A stretch of 63,793 bases of DNA, the filler included, from Octopus bimaculoides (Eukaryota): the NCBI RefSeq assembly GCF_001194135.2. It is 5 parts of 5 records of this genome, joined end to end, with 100 filler letters (N's around TTAATTAATTAA, not from the genome) between each part and the next. Parts side by side here need not be neighbours in the genome. Positions count along the whole stretch, not along the records: positions 59,064 to 63,793 come from NC_068987.1; 4 more parts are not named here. The stretch is one strand, 5' to 3'. A program made the position numbers and the translations under genes. Positions 63,276 through 63,793 of this stretch are shown here, piece after piece. How positions within the stretch are numbered: the first letter of the stretch is position 1; each line of letters opens with the position of its first letter. The notes under the pieces were generated by a model. The model was not told the DNA's origin and did not search any database. It saw only the letters and a program-made list of their open reading frames with translations.

Positions 63276-63793
63276 ATTAGGGCTTTAATAACTCCTGCGA
63301 AAAACACAACACTCAACAAAACACTGGAGATAGCTAGCTATTGGACGCAATTTTCCCCCAGGAAACGTACAAATAAAAAACTTTCTGCGTCTAATATGTG
63401 CACACCACCAATGGGAGATTGAGTAGAGATTAAAAAATAATCATGGTTTTGAAAAATTTAGCTTGTATTACCACTCGATACAGTAATCTATACTATAATA
63501 ATGAGAGAGAGAGAGACAGAGGGGGAGAGAGAGAGACAGAGGGAGAGAGAGAGAGAGACAGAGGGGGAAAGAGGGAGGGGAGAGGGATCCGCAAGTAACT
63601 TAATTTCAATGAGGCTATATTGGCTCATGACCTAAAAAATTATCCTGTTGAAATAAACAATGTGTATGATCAAATGTAGTGAATAATTTTTAAAAAGCAA
63701 CGGTATAAAATTAGCGTTCAGCCTCGTGTTGTATATATCTTTGATCTGTCATTGCTAGCCCAATACTGGTGCGATACACTGTGTTTATATATA

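Overview
AT-rich, gap-riddled animal genomic DNA, most likely intronic or intergenic octopus (coleoid cephalopod) sequence. That assignment is an inference from the SINE families, which fit the octopus OK/OR1/OR2 types as I recall them, and from the very high microsatellite load. No intact host gene, rRNA, true tRNA or CRISPR array can be supported, and almost all listed ORFs are microsatellite or N-gap artefacts. The recognisable content is: about 25 tRNA-derived SINE copies or fragments; decayed non-LTR retrotransposons (three R4/Dong-like pieces, one R2/NeSL-like RT, three RTE-like pieces); a two-ended, internally deleted Helitron plus a second Helitron fragment; mariner and Tigger/pogo transposase remnants; a TA-flanked foldback MITE; and several minisatellites. 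The strongest unexplained signal is about ten minimal type I hammerhead-ribozyme-like motifs (CUGANGA-stem II-GAAA with a palindromic helix III). They sit in short non-coding elements that lack any Penelope ORF. One (35469-35503, minus) has a fully intact fold. Three elements are outward-facing inverted pairs, and one is a ~60 bp unit embedded in (TA)n. A few splice-site-bounded open segments could be host exons, but I could not identify them. All alignments and translations were done by eye, so boundaries are approximate unless a TSD or terminal motif is quoted.
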